The notes under the pieces were generated by a model, which saw nothing but the letters and a program-made list of their open reading frames with translations, was not told the DNA's origin and did no database searches. The translations under genes and the position numbers were made by a program. From Felis catus (taxonomy: Eukaryota): a DNA stretch of 64,000 nt. The DNA lies in assembly GCF_018350175.1 (NCBI RefSeq), contig NC_058382.1, forward strand, positions 6,944,001-7,008,000, read 5' to 3'. This document shows, one piece after another, positions 1 through 11,014 of this stretch (position 1 is its first letter; every line of letters begins with the position of its first letter).

Positions 1-492
1 GTCTCTCTCTGTCTCTCAAAACTAAATAAATGTAAAAAAAAAAATTTAAGACTAAGTCCCCTTGGAGATGACTTGTTAAGTCAGTAAACAGGTATCAAGT
101 GGAAATCCGAAGAAAGGACAGAGTTTGCTGGGTCGGTGTGGGTCCTGATGGAAGGATGCGGCATTTAGGGCAGGAATGACCACGTGCACGGGTGTCCTGA
201 AGGCCCAGGACCCTCTGTCTGTGCTTCCTGGGGCCTGAATCCGGCCAGACAGAGTCCATCAGGGCAGAGATAAAGCTATGTCAGAGGTAAAGTGCAGAGA
301 AAGAAGGGGCCTGAGCAGCCTCTGGGCTTATGCTCAGTGCCTCTCCCTGGATCCCTCTCCCAAAGGGAGACGCCCAGAGTCTCGATCTCAGTCCATGTCT
401 GTGTGTCTGAGTCTGCCCCTCTCTGCTGGTGTCCACCTGTATCAATTTCTTTGTCTCTCTGACCCTCAGTCTCTTTTTCTCCGCCACCACAG

Positions 493-1395
493 CCCTTGGA
501 GAATGGCTCATCTCTTTCAGTCCTGGAGGACCAGTCCCTGCCCCTGGTCTGTGTCAACAGCAACCCCCCCAGTCAGGCTGAGCTGGGCCCCGGGGAGCTG
601 ACCCTGTGCTCCTCAAAGCCCTGGAACCCTGGGGTGCTGGAGCTGCCTCGGGCACAGGAGAGAGATGAAGGGGAATACACCTGCTGAGCTCGGAGTGCGG
701 TGGGCTCCCAGCACGCCTCCCTGAGCCTCTCTCTTCAGGGTGAGTGTCCAGGGGCTGCACAGTGGACCCTAATCCCTCAATGCCATTTGGCTCACTGGTC
801 CCCGAGCAGGCAGCCCCAGAGCCCGTTGTCCAGCTGCCGGAAGGCCAGGGCATGGGGTAGCGTGCGGCTCAGGAACATGGGGTGCCACAGCGGTGACGCA
901 GGGGGGCCTGGGGGACCGATGTCCAGAGACCAGCCGGGAGCAGAGGACACGGTGTAGCAGTCAAGCACATGAATCCACGAATCCATCGTCCTTCGCCTCA
1001 TCGTCCTCGTGTGAGCACTGCCGCAGGGGGAGGGGAGGCCCGAGGAGGGTGGGGATTGTGGCCGAGTCCCAGAACCAGCGCAGGAGGGACTGAACAGGTC
1101 AGAGGGCAGGGCAGGGGGGAGGCTGACCAGGTGTGAGGATTCCACAGTGTCCAGGACAGGACAGGCTGCGCCTGCTGTGCTCACAGCTGTCTATGGGGCC
1201 AGACCTGCACTCTGCCACCTCGTCTGCCCTCCAGCCCCTTAACTGGGAACCGGAGTGAATCAGTTGGCCCTGCATTCCCAGGACCAGACCGAAAGGCCCC
1301 GGTGTCTTCTCTCAGACTGAGATTCCTCAGGAAGGAGAAGCCAGGCCTGCAGGGGGCGTGGAGGAGGCCAACACCACCCCCAGTTAATCCCTCAG
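493..1395 (+). pseudogene. 3' remnant of a decayed inhibitory-type CD33-related Siglec (SIGLEC7/8/9-like): C2-set exon 493-739, degenerate TM exon ~873-1010, cytoplasmic exon 1316-1395
   Basis: Exon 493-739 (ag|...|gtgag) reads LENGSSLSVLEDQSL..VC..LTLCSSKPWNPGVLELP..DEGEYTC*ARSAVGSQHASLSLSLQ, with an in-frame TGA at 685-687 where CGA (Arg) is expected. The RLSWAPGS motif sits in a shifted frame. The TM exon starts GATAVTQGGLG and then frameshifts out of the hydrophobic frame. The cytoplasmic exon resembles RKK-ARPA-GV-E-AN but has a frameshift and a TAA. The 5' exons lie upstream of the window. Confidence 0.85.
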
Positions 1396-2072
1396 GTGAG
1401 TGACGTGGGCAGCTCACCACCCAACATCCCACCATCACCTCCTCCAGGATGGCCCCAGGATTGCTTCACTCAGCACGGCCGAGGTTGAGCTGCCACGTTC
1501 CTCTTGAACCTTCTTCTTTGCTGGGATTCCCTCACATGGCTGGCATGGTCTCATCTCTAAGGCCAGAACCGGGGGTGTGGTTCTCCACCATGACCTCCCT
1601 CTGTTCTGCCTGGTTCACTACATCACCTGGTCTTGTCCATCCTTCCTCTAAGCTCATCCTAGCTCCCGTCTCCTCCTCATCCTGACCCTGCTTGTTCCTG
1701 CGGCCTCCTCTTTTCCCCGGGCCTCTAACGCACCTGTCTCTTGCCTCCCCCTCCGTCCTCAACACTGAGTCTCGGGACACCATTATCATCCACTTTCTCC
1801 ACAGTATGAAGACCTAGGATTCCTCTCCACAGTCCAAACTGAGGGGCAAACAGGCTAGATTTGAAGACCTGATGTGGTCTCTTTCCCACTGAACTCTCCG
1901 CCCAGGTCCCTACCTCTCCCTGCATCTTACAACGTCTCCACACCCAGCCGGGTTAGGGTTTTCCTGACTCTGAGATTTTGCCTATGCTGTTCCTTCTCCT
2001 GAAATGCCATTCCCTCCCCATTCCTGCCTCTCCAAGTCCTAATTACGTTCAGGATCAGTCTTAAATGCCACT

Positions 2073-2104
<32 letters not shown>

Positions 2105-2984
2105 CACATACGTGCGCACCTGTGTGCATATGTGTGGTTGTATGGTTTTGATTGGAAGAGTGATAGCCAGTCATTTACTCATAGACTTATTTTTTAAAAA
2201 TATTTGTTTCTTTTTTTTTTTAAGTTTATTTACTTATTTATTTTGAGAGACAGAGGGAGAGAGCACAAGCAGGGGAGGGCAGAGAGAAGGAAAGACAGAA
2301 TCCCAAGCAGGCTCCACGCCATCAGCGCAGAACCCGATGCAGGGCTCGAACTCACCAATGTGAGATCACAACCCGAGCCAAGATCAAGAGTTGGAGGCTT
2401 AATCAAGGAGCCCCACTCATAGACTCGTCCGGAAGTATCGTTGAACACCTGCTACGTGCCAGCATTTTCATGGGTGCCAGGGTACAACCATGAACACAAC
2501 TTCAAAATCTCTGTCATCCAAAGGACTTGAGTCGGGGCGCCTGGGGGGCTCAGTCGGTTGAGCATCCGACTCCAGCTCAGGTCATGCTCTTGCTCGTCCC
2601 CAGTTCAAGCCCCACCTCGGGCTCTGTGCTGACAGCTCAGAGCCTGGAGCCTGTTTCTGACTTTGTGTCTCCCCCTCTTTCTCTGCCCCTCATCCACTCA
2701 CACTCTGTCTCTGTCTCTCAAAAATAAATACACATTGGGGCGCCTGGGTGGCTTGGTCAGTTAAGCGTCCGACTTCGGCTCAGGTCATGATCTCACGGTC
2801 CGTGAGTTCAAGCCCCGCGTCGGGCTCTGTGCTGACAGCTCAGAGCCTGGAGCCTGTTTCAGATTCTGTGTCTCCCTCTCTCTCTGCCCCTCCCCTGTTC
2901 ATGCTCTGTCTCTCTCTCTCTCTCAAAAATAAATAAAACGTTAAAAAAAAATTTTAAAAAAATAAATACACATTAAAAAAATTT

Positions 2985-3900
2985 TCAAAGGACTTGAATA
3001 GACACTTCGGCAAAGAAGATACACAAACCCCCAAGGAGCACATGAAAAAAATAATCCACATCATTAGTCACTAGCGAGATGCAAGTCTAAACCACATCTG
3101 TTAGGACAGATGTTCTACTTAAAAGAAGAAGAAAGAAGGAAACCAGTGTTGGCAAAGATGTGGACACATTGGAACCCATGCACATGGCTTGCAGGAATGA
3201 AAACTGGTGCAGCCTTGTGGAAAACTCTTTGGACTTTCCTTCAAGAGTTAAACACGGGGGCACCGGGGTGGGCTCATTCAGTCAATCGAGTGTCTGACTC
3301 TTGATTTTGGTTCAGGTCATGATCTCGCCCTTGTGGGATCGAGCTCTGCATCAGACTCCACACTGACAATGCAGAGCCTGCCTGGGATTCTCTCTCTCTC
3401 TCTCTCTCTCTCCTTCTCTATCTGCCCCTCCCCCTCCCCTGTGTGTGTTGTGTGTGTGTGCGTGTGTGTGTGTGTAATTAGTATTAGAATTACCATACGG
3501 TCCAGTGGCCCCACCTCTGGGTGCATATGCAGGATCGAGAGCAGGGGCCAAGGGATATTTACACACCCATGTTCGTAGCAGTATTATTCACGATAGCCAG
3601 GTAAAAAGCAGCCCAAGTGTCCCTCAACAGCTGAACAGATAAACGAAATGTGTTCTAACCCATCATGGAGTATTATTCAGCCTTAAAAAGGGCAGAAATT
3701 CTGACACATGCCGCCACACGGATGAACCCTGAGGACGTTATGGCCGATTGAAAGGATTCCACTTATATGAGGTCTCTAAAGTAGTCAAATTCCTGGAGAC
3801 AGGAAGTACAACAGTGGTTTCCGGGGCTGGGGGGAGGGGGAAATGGGGGGTGTTTCCTTAACGGGAACCGCTTTAAGTTCTGCAACTTGAAAAGAGTTGT
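2985..3900 (+). mobile_element. Old L1M(B-like) 3' end, interrupted by a SINE
   Basis: Typical L1 3' motifs: cccaagtgtccctcaacagctgaacagataaac, tattattcagccttaaaaag, ggattccacttatatgagg. Confidence 0.75.
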
Positions 3901-4547
3901 TCCTGTTTACCGCAAGCCCAAAATAATCCTGCACTTGGATGTTTACAAAATAACCAGTAGGCCACCAGGACACATAGCGAAGTCACAGATGCCTGCAGCT
4001 CTGCACCCCACGGGGACAGCACCGTCGTCTAGGGAGGAAGTGGTACCATGGGTGGGGGCCCTGTCACCGGATTGACCTGGTCAGGCTCATCTGTCGTGTT
4101 TCCAGCTCCCCCAACACAGATGTTCACTAAGCATTTGGGGAATGGATGAATGAATGAATGGTTCCTGCCTTCACTTCACCCAACATCCCTTCTTTCCTTC
4201 TACCCCGGATGTTCGCAGACCTCAAGAGTCCTCCACCTTGCAGGACCGACCACTCGAGGGTCTGGGTGAGGCTCTGACCCTCCAGGTGTAGACAGCAGTT
4301 GACTAGCTCCCTGGTGTAGACAGCACTGCTCAGACAAGCACCTCAGCTGGGAAGATCTTAGGAGACTCACCGTGTCCCATGCCTCACATGCTCTCAGAGG
4401 TCCTGGTCCAGGCCCCGTTGGTGGAGGGAAGAGTGGAGATGGGGGGCAGGACACAGCGTTCCGCTCCTGGTCTCTCCTCCCTGGGTCTCCAGGAGAGAGT
4501 GCGGGGGGTCACCAGCACCTTGCAGATGGGAGGTGAGCTCCGCAGCG

Positions 4548-4568
4548 GCAGTTCCCCTTTTGTGAAAT
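4548..4568. promoter_or_regulatory. PU.1 (GGGGAACT, reverse) plus adjacent C/EBP-like (TTGTGAAAT) motif upstream of the activating Siglec
   Basis: gcagttccccttttgtgaaat lies about 110 bp before the ATG. A homologous gttccccttcctc lies at 23522-23534, upstream of the SIGLEC10 ATG. Motif match only. Confidence 0.45.
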
Positions 4569-4669
4569 CGTGAGGTCTCGTGCTCCTCCCCAGCTTCCCG
4601 TGGGCCCCGCTCAGCCTCCCTCTGCCTTCCCTTCTTCACCCACAGGAAGCCCAGACATCTGTCTCTAAG

Positions 4670-7646
4670 ATGTTGTTGCCTCTGCTGCTGCCCCTGTTGT
4701 GGGCAGGTGAGTGGGCGGAGGGGAGAGGGCCAGGCGGGCGGGGGCCGCTACTGACCCTCCATTCCCTGCAGGGTCCCGGGCTCAGGAGAGGAGATACTGG
4801 CTGCAGGTTCTGGAGTCGCTGGTGGTGCAGGAGGGTCTGTGCGTCTCCGTGCCCTGCAATTTCCTCTATCCCCTGAATAGTTGGAATGACTCTTACCCTG
4901 TGCATGGCTACTGGTTCCGGGAAGGGGCCAATGTAGCACAGGATGCTCCGGTGGCCACAAACAACCCAGGTCGAAAAGTGCAGAAGAAGACCCAGGGTCG
5001 ATTCCGCCTCCTTGGAAACCCCCGGGACTACGACTGCTCCCTGGACATCAGAGACGCACAGAGAAGGGACTCGGGGACGTACTTCTTTAGGGTGGAGAGA
5101 GGGCCTTCTGTGAGATATAATTTCCTACAGAACCGGCTCTCTGTGCGTGTGACAGGTAAGGAGTGGGGTCAAAGAGAGGACATGCATGGGTCCTGAGGGC
5201 CCCAGGGCAGGCCCGGGAGGGGACCCCCTGATTTCAATCCTGGCTGGCCTGGTGTAGAAGCTGCTTCTGGGGGCACACGCAGGGCCTGGGTCTCTGTCTC
5301 TCTTTCTCCCTCAGCTCTCACACGGACACCTGACATCCACATCCAGGGGCCCCTAGAATCTGGCCAGCCCAAGAAGATTACCTGTAGCGTGCCCTGGGCC
5401 TGTAAGAGGGGGACGCCGCCGACCTTCTCCTGGATCGGGGATGCCCTCACCTCCCTGGGCCACAGGACACACTTCTCCTCGGTGCTCACCCTCACCCCGT
5501 GGCCCCAGGACCACGGCACCGACCTCACCTGTCGAGTGAGATTCCCCGGAGCTAACGTGAGCACAGAGAGGACCATCCAGCTCAACGTGTCCTGTGAGTG
5601 CCAGGCCAGGACGCCAGGGTCCCTGAGGACAGTGGGTGCTGGGGGTGGGGGAGGCAGGGCTTGGGTGGGATACTTGGGGAGTATTCTTGGAAGCACAGGT
5701 TCAAATGGAGAGAATACCCGCCCCCCCCCCCCCCCCCCCGCCGCTCGTGACCACCTCACAATACTGCAGGTGACCAATTATTTGTTCCTGTTCCAGATGC
5801 TCCGCAGAACCTGATCATCCGCCTCTTCAGGGGAAATAGCACAGGTGGGAGAGACCTGGGGCACAACTGATGTCTCAGAGGTCAGATAAGGGAATGTTGT
5901 AAGGGTCTGATGGAATGAAACCCCATGGCTCCTTATCCCCTCCCTGGTCCCGCCCCCTGGCCGGACTCTCTAGAATCACTGTGAGTCCTATTCCACCGTG
6001 TGCTGTCACCACGGCTGCCTCCCTCTCCCCTGACCTCTCTCCCCTCCTTGCCATCATTCCCTTTTCCTGATTCTCCGCTTCTCCTGTGACCATGACATTG
6101 CACTGTCCCACAAGGCATCTTAAATACAGCTTCCTGTTGCCAGGCTCCGGGCCTCTGGCTGCTTCCTGCGTGACCCCGTGGGTAAGCCCGTCCCCTGGTG
6201 CTTCCAGTCGTACGTCTGCCCTGAAGACCCTCACAGATCTCTGTCCCGTCCCGATCGTCCTGAGTGCACTCCCCTGCCACTGGTGGGAGGGCCTTCCTCC
6301 GGAACAACCTGAGTCAATATCCTGGAAGTCACTTTAGACATTTCTGTGCCTCGCCCAACACTCCCCATGACTCAGTGAGTTTTGCAAACTGGACTTCCTG
6401 AAAATGTCACAGTGGCTCTCTTCCTCCACCCGCACAGCAGCAGCCCCGCCTCGGGCCTCTGTCTCTCTTACCTGGACACAGTGAGACCACCTGCACCCTG
6501 GTCCAGCCTTCTCTGTTCAGTCTCTGTCCCCTCCCCGTCCTGCCCGCTGCAGTTGGGCCCAAATGCATCCCTACATGCCCCAGATCGGACCCTGTTCCTC
6601 CCCTGCTCAAAACCCTCCCATGGCTCCCCGTGGCCCTCAGAGGAAAGGCTGAGAGCATCACCTGTGTGTGAGCCTCCGAATCTTCCCTGCAAGTGGTCAG
6701 ACCTACCTGTGTCCACACCTCTCCTCGGCATCACGCACCAAAGTCCACGTCCTGGGATGTTCTCTGCCAGGTCTAGACATGGCCAACTCTTGCTCAGAGG
6801 TCCATCTGCCTGTCCTGGGATCACCGGGTACCTGTCCTCACTTCCCCTGATGGGTCTTCACTCTTACTTGCCTTAGCTTGGAACACTTGTCTGCGAGACA
6901 CTATATTCCACCCCCCGTGTCTGTGGAAGGACAGAGGGAGAGAAGGGGCTCCCAGTCCTGCCCTTCTGACTCTCTCTGTCCCCTAGTCCCAGAGGCCCTG
7001 GGCAATGCCACCTCTCTGCGAGTTGAGGAGGGCCAGTCCCTACGCCTGGTCTGTGACACTGACAGCCACTTCCCCGCCAGGCTGAGCTGGTCCCGGGGAA
7101 GCCTGACCCTGAGCCCCTCCCAGCCTTCAGATCCCGGGGTCCTAGTGCTGCCCCGGCTGGTCTTGGGGGATGGAGGAGAATTCACCTGCCGAGCTCAGCA
7201 GCCGTGGGGCTTCAACCACGTCTCCCTGAACCTAATTGTGCAGGGTGAGTGCACGCAGGACACCTGCATTCCGAGGTGGGGCTGTGGACAGGACCAAGGT
7301 GTGGACTTAAGGAAACTCACTCCCATCCTCTTGCCCCAGGAATCTCCTGTTCCTGCCCCCTGATATCTGGGGAGCCGTGGAACACCTGGCCTCTTGTCCT
7401 CACCCTGCTCAGAGGGGCCCTCATGGGGGCTGGCTTCCTTCTCACCTATGGCCTCACCTGGATCTATTACACCAGGTGAGAAGCCCTTTCTCAAGACGTC
7501 CCAGATTTGGGTGACCCCTTGGGTGACGTCACATTCCTTGTCCTTTCCAGAGCAAACCCTCCACGGAACTGGTCTCTCATTTCAGAACTGTGTTTTCCAC
7601 CAGGTTCAGAGGCTCCAAAGAGGATAAGGCTGCAGGTTGTAAGTGA
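4670..7646 (+). CDS. Activating-type CD33-related Siglec, Siglec-14-like (V-set + 2 C2-set Ig, TM Arg, short tail), 394 aa
   Basis: Seven coding exons, all GT-AG: 4670-4706 ([12 protein letters not shown]), 4772-5155 (V-set, YFFRVERG), 5315-5593 (C2), 5797-5844 (linker YAPQNL), 6987-7244 (C2), 7340-7475 ([30 protein letters not shown]), 7604-7646 ([13 protein letters not shown]). Total 1185 nt, open. The TM matches recalled human Siglec-14 almost exactly; one-to-one orthology is not established. Confidence 0.9.
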
Positions 7647-8023
7647 GCCCCCTTCCTCGCCGTGATGCCGATGCCTGACAGCTGAAGATCCATCCAACTG
7701 TCACATCCCGAGACTCACCCTGGCACAGCTCTTGTGGAGCACGGCGGTGCTGGATGGCGTGGCCCTGCCTCTTCTCCAGAACTAAAGTCTCTTCACCTCC
7801 GCTGCTCGAGAAGCTCCCTGGTGGTTCGGCACCAATGGCGGGAGAGGGCAAGTGAGGGGATGGATAAATCTTTGTTATTATTAATTTGAATTATGTAGCC
7901 CCTTTGTAACATTTTGCTTCTACCTTAATGTGGTTGGGATAAGCCCATAATTCAACCCCATACTATATTGTTATAAATCTCATAATATTATTATTTTTAA
8001 AACAGCGAATGTTAAAGAGATCT

Positions 8024-8800
8024 TTTTTCTCTCTTTTTTGATGTTTCCTTTCTTTTTTTCTTCCTTCTTTTAGAATCCAAATTAGTTAACATATAGCATA
8101 ATAATAATTTCAGGAATAGAATTTAGCGATTCATCGCCTACATAGTACACTCAGTGCTCATCCCAACAGGTGCCCTCCTTAATGTCCCTTGCCCATTTAA
8201 CCCCCACCCCCACCCAATACCTCACCAGCAACCCTCAGATTGTTCTCTGTATTTAAGAGTCTCCTAAGATTTGTCTCCCTTTCTGCTTTTGTCTCATTTT
8301 TGCTTCCCTTCCCTTATGTTCATCTGTTTTGTCTCTTAAAGTCCTCCTATGAGTGAAGTCATAGGATATTTGTCTTTCTATGACTGACTAATTTTGCTTA
8401 GCATAATACCCTCCAGTTCCATCCACGTAGTTACAAATGGCAAGATTCCATTCCTTTTGATTGCCGAGTAATACTCCATTGTATATATAGACCACATCTT
8501 CTTTATCCATTCATCCATCGATGGACATTTGGGCTCTTTCCATACTTTGGCTATTGTTGAGAGTGCTGCTATTAACATTGGGGTGTACGTGCCCCTTCAA
8601 AACAGCACACCTGTATCCTTTGGATAAATACCTAGTAGTGCAATTGCTGGGTCATAGGGTAGTTCTATATTTTTAATTTTTTGAGAAACCTCCATACTCT
8701 TTTCCAGAGCAGCTGCACCAGTTTGCATTCTCCACAGCAGTGCAAGAGGGTTCTTCTTTCTCCACATCCTCGCCAACATCTGTTGTTTCCTCAGTTGTTA
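8024..8800 (-). mobile_element. 5'-truncated carnivore L1 with TSD
   Basis: ORF2 C-terminal peptides on the minus strand ([29 protein letters not shown]). TSD taaagagatct at 8013-8023 and 8801-8811. Confidence 0.92.
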
Positions 8801-8811
8801 TAAAGAGATCT

Positions 8812-9222
8812 CTTTTATTAGAAAAAGAAACCATTTCATGTTTATCCACATATTAACCACTCGATTGCTCTTAATTTCTTTGTATACATTAAGATTTCTC
8901 TACAGCATCGCTTTCCTTGTGCCTGAAATATTTTCTTATATTTCTTGTGGCATAGGTATGCTGGTGATGAATTCTCTAAGCTCTTTTTTGTCTAAAAGCT
9001 TCTGTTTACATTAGCTTGGAAAGATATTTTTTATTGGGTAAAGAATTTTAGGATAACATTGTCTTCCCTTTCCGTTCTTCAAATTCTTTTGTTTTTCATA
9101 GTGTCTTGTGAGAATTCTGTAATTCTTATCTTTCTTTGTTTGTAGTTTGTCTTTTTCTCTGGCTGGTTTTAATATTTTCTCTTTTTCCCTGGGTTTAAAT
9201 CATTTGGTTAATATATGCCTTC

Positions 9223-9263
<41 letters not shown>

Positions 9264-9656
9264 GGAAGAGACAGGAAGATGGGGGGAGTGGTAAGGGGGA
9301 AAACAAAGAGAGAGAAAATATTATCCTGTTTGGAATTTGTTGAGTACCTTGGATCCGCGGATTTATAACACTGATCAAACTTGTAAAAATTGAAGCCAAT
9401 ATTTATTTCAATTCTTTTTTTCTATTCTTATTCTCTCATATCCTCTGGGTCTGTCCTTTTACATATGGTTATGTGGCCTGATAATATCTCTTAGGGCCCT
9501 GAACATCTGTTTGCCATTTTCCAGATTTTTTCCTCTATATTCTGCTGTTTGAACAGGATCTACTGATACATCTCCAAGTTCACCGGTCATTCTACAATGT
9601 TGAATCTGCTGTTGATCTTATTCAGTGGAACTCTCATCTCAGATAATATATTTTCT

Positions 9657-9724
<68 letters not shown>

Positions 9725-10990
9725 TCCTTCTTTAAAAGTTGCATTTCCTTTGGGGCGCCTGGGTGACTCAGTCGGTTAGGCGTCTGCCTCTTGATCTCAG
9801 CTCAGGTCTTGATCTCACGGTTCGTGAATTCAAGCCCTGCATTGGGCTCTGCACTCACGGTGCAGACCCTGCTTGGGATTCTGTCTCTCCTTCAGTCTGC
9901 CCCTCCCCATTTGTTCTCTCTCACTCTCTCAAAATAAGTAAATGAACTTAAAAAATTTTTTTAAGTTACATTTCCTTTCTTTTTAATCTTACACTCCTTC
10001 TCCATATAATGGTGACGTTTTCCTTTACATCCTTGAGTATATATGGCACATACTTATAATAAGCTTTTTAATGTCTTTGTCTCCTAGATCTGCCTCCTGT
10101 GTCATGTCTGACCCTGATCCCATTGGATGAATTTTTCTGTTGAGTGTCACGTGTTTATAATTCTTTGTATGTCTGGTAAGTTTTCGCTGAGTGTTGGACA
10201 CTGTCAGTTTTATGTGGCTGACTGCATGCTTTTGTTGTATTTCTTTAAAAACATTGGTCTTTTTTTTTTTTTAAAGGCAGTTAGGTTACTAGCATGTTGG
10301 GCCAATATTTTTAAGACTTTTTAATTTTAGCCCCTCCTAAGATAGGTCTAGTGTTGGGCTAATTTTCTTTCACTTGAATGCCATCACCCTTTTGGAGCTT
10401 TCACTGAATACTCCATAGATTCAAGAAGGTATCTTTACTCTGGCTGGAGGGAATATACACATGTCCAAGCCCTTTGTGAGCTCTGGGAATCTTCCAACTA
10501 ATAACTCTCTGGTAATTGCTCTCTCCTTAGAAATTGTTCTCATTTGGGTTCATGGGGTTTCACCCTATGCTTGTGCAGATCCAACGACTCCAGGACCTTT
10601 CATGGAGACTCTGAACCCTTTCTCCACAATACTCCTGTCTGAAACTCTGACCTACATATTTTAGCCACATCAGCTTCCTAACCTTCAAAGTCTGGCCGCT
10701 CAACTCAGTGAAATTTCAGTCCCTTTTATGGTGCCCTTACCCTTTTTCTTACTCTGCTATCTACAAACAAACTCCTCACGGAAAACCTCAGTGATTATAT
10801 GGTTCACCTCATTTTTGTCCTTCTCTCAAGGATCACCATTCTTCCATGTATGAAAAGAGAAGTTTCTTGTATTTTGTTTGATATTCTAGTTGTTTACAGG
10901 AGGATAATTCTGGACCCTATGACTCTCTCATGCTCAGAAGCAGAAGTCTCCAGCAGACTGTTTGTTTGTTTATTTATTTATTTAATTTTA
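8812..10990 (-). mobile_element. Ancient fragmented L1M body, host to later insertions (also 7870-8010)
   Basis: Antisense-L1-type T-rich sequence (gtatgctggtgatgaattctctaagc), no intact ORF. Confidence 0.6.
9655..9727. repeat. (TTTC)n microsatellite. Other simple repeats: (GT)n 2077-2104, 9224-9260, 51791-51814; (CT)n 30991-31031.
   Basis: Directly visible. Confidence 0.95.
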
Positions 10991-11014
10991 AAAATATCTT
11001 TATTTCTTTTTTAA

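Noticed and set aside
1755-1815. aacactgagtctcgg / cattat / tatgaagaccta resembling a Siglec ITIM exon
   Set aside because: Motif order and flanks do not match a terminal Siglec exon and there is no clear acceptor; the pseudogene's last exon could not be identified.
2535-2620. tRNA-like A/B-box sequences, here and in every SINE head
   Set aside because: These are Can-SINE heads followed by (CT)n and A-tails, not tRNA genes.
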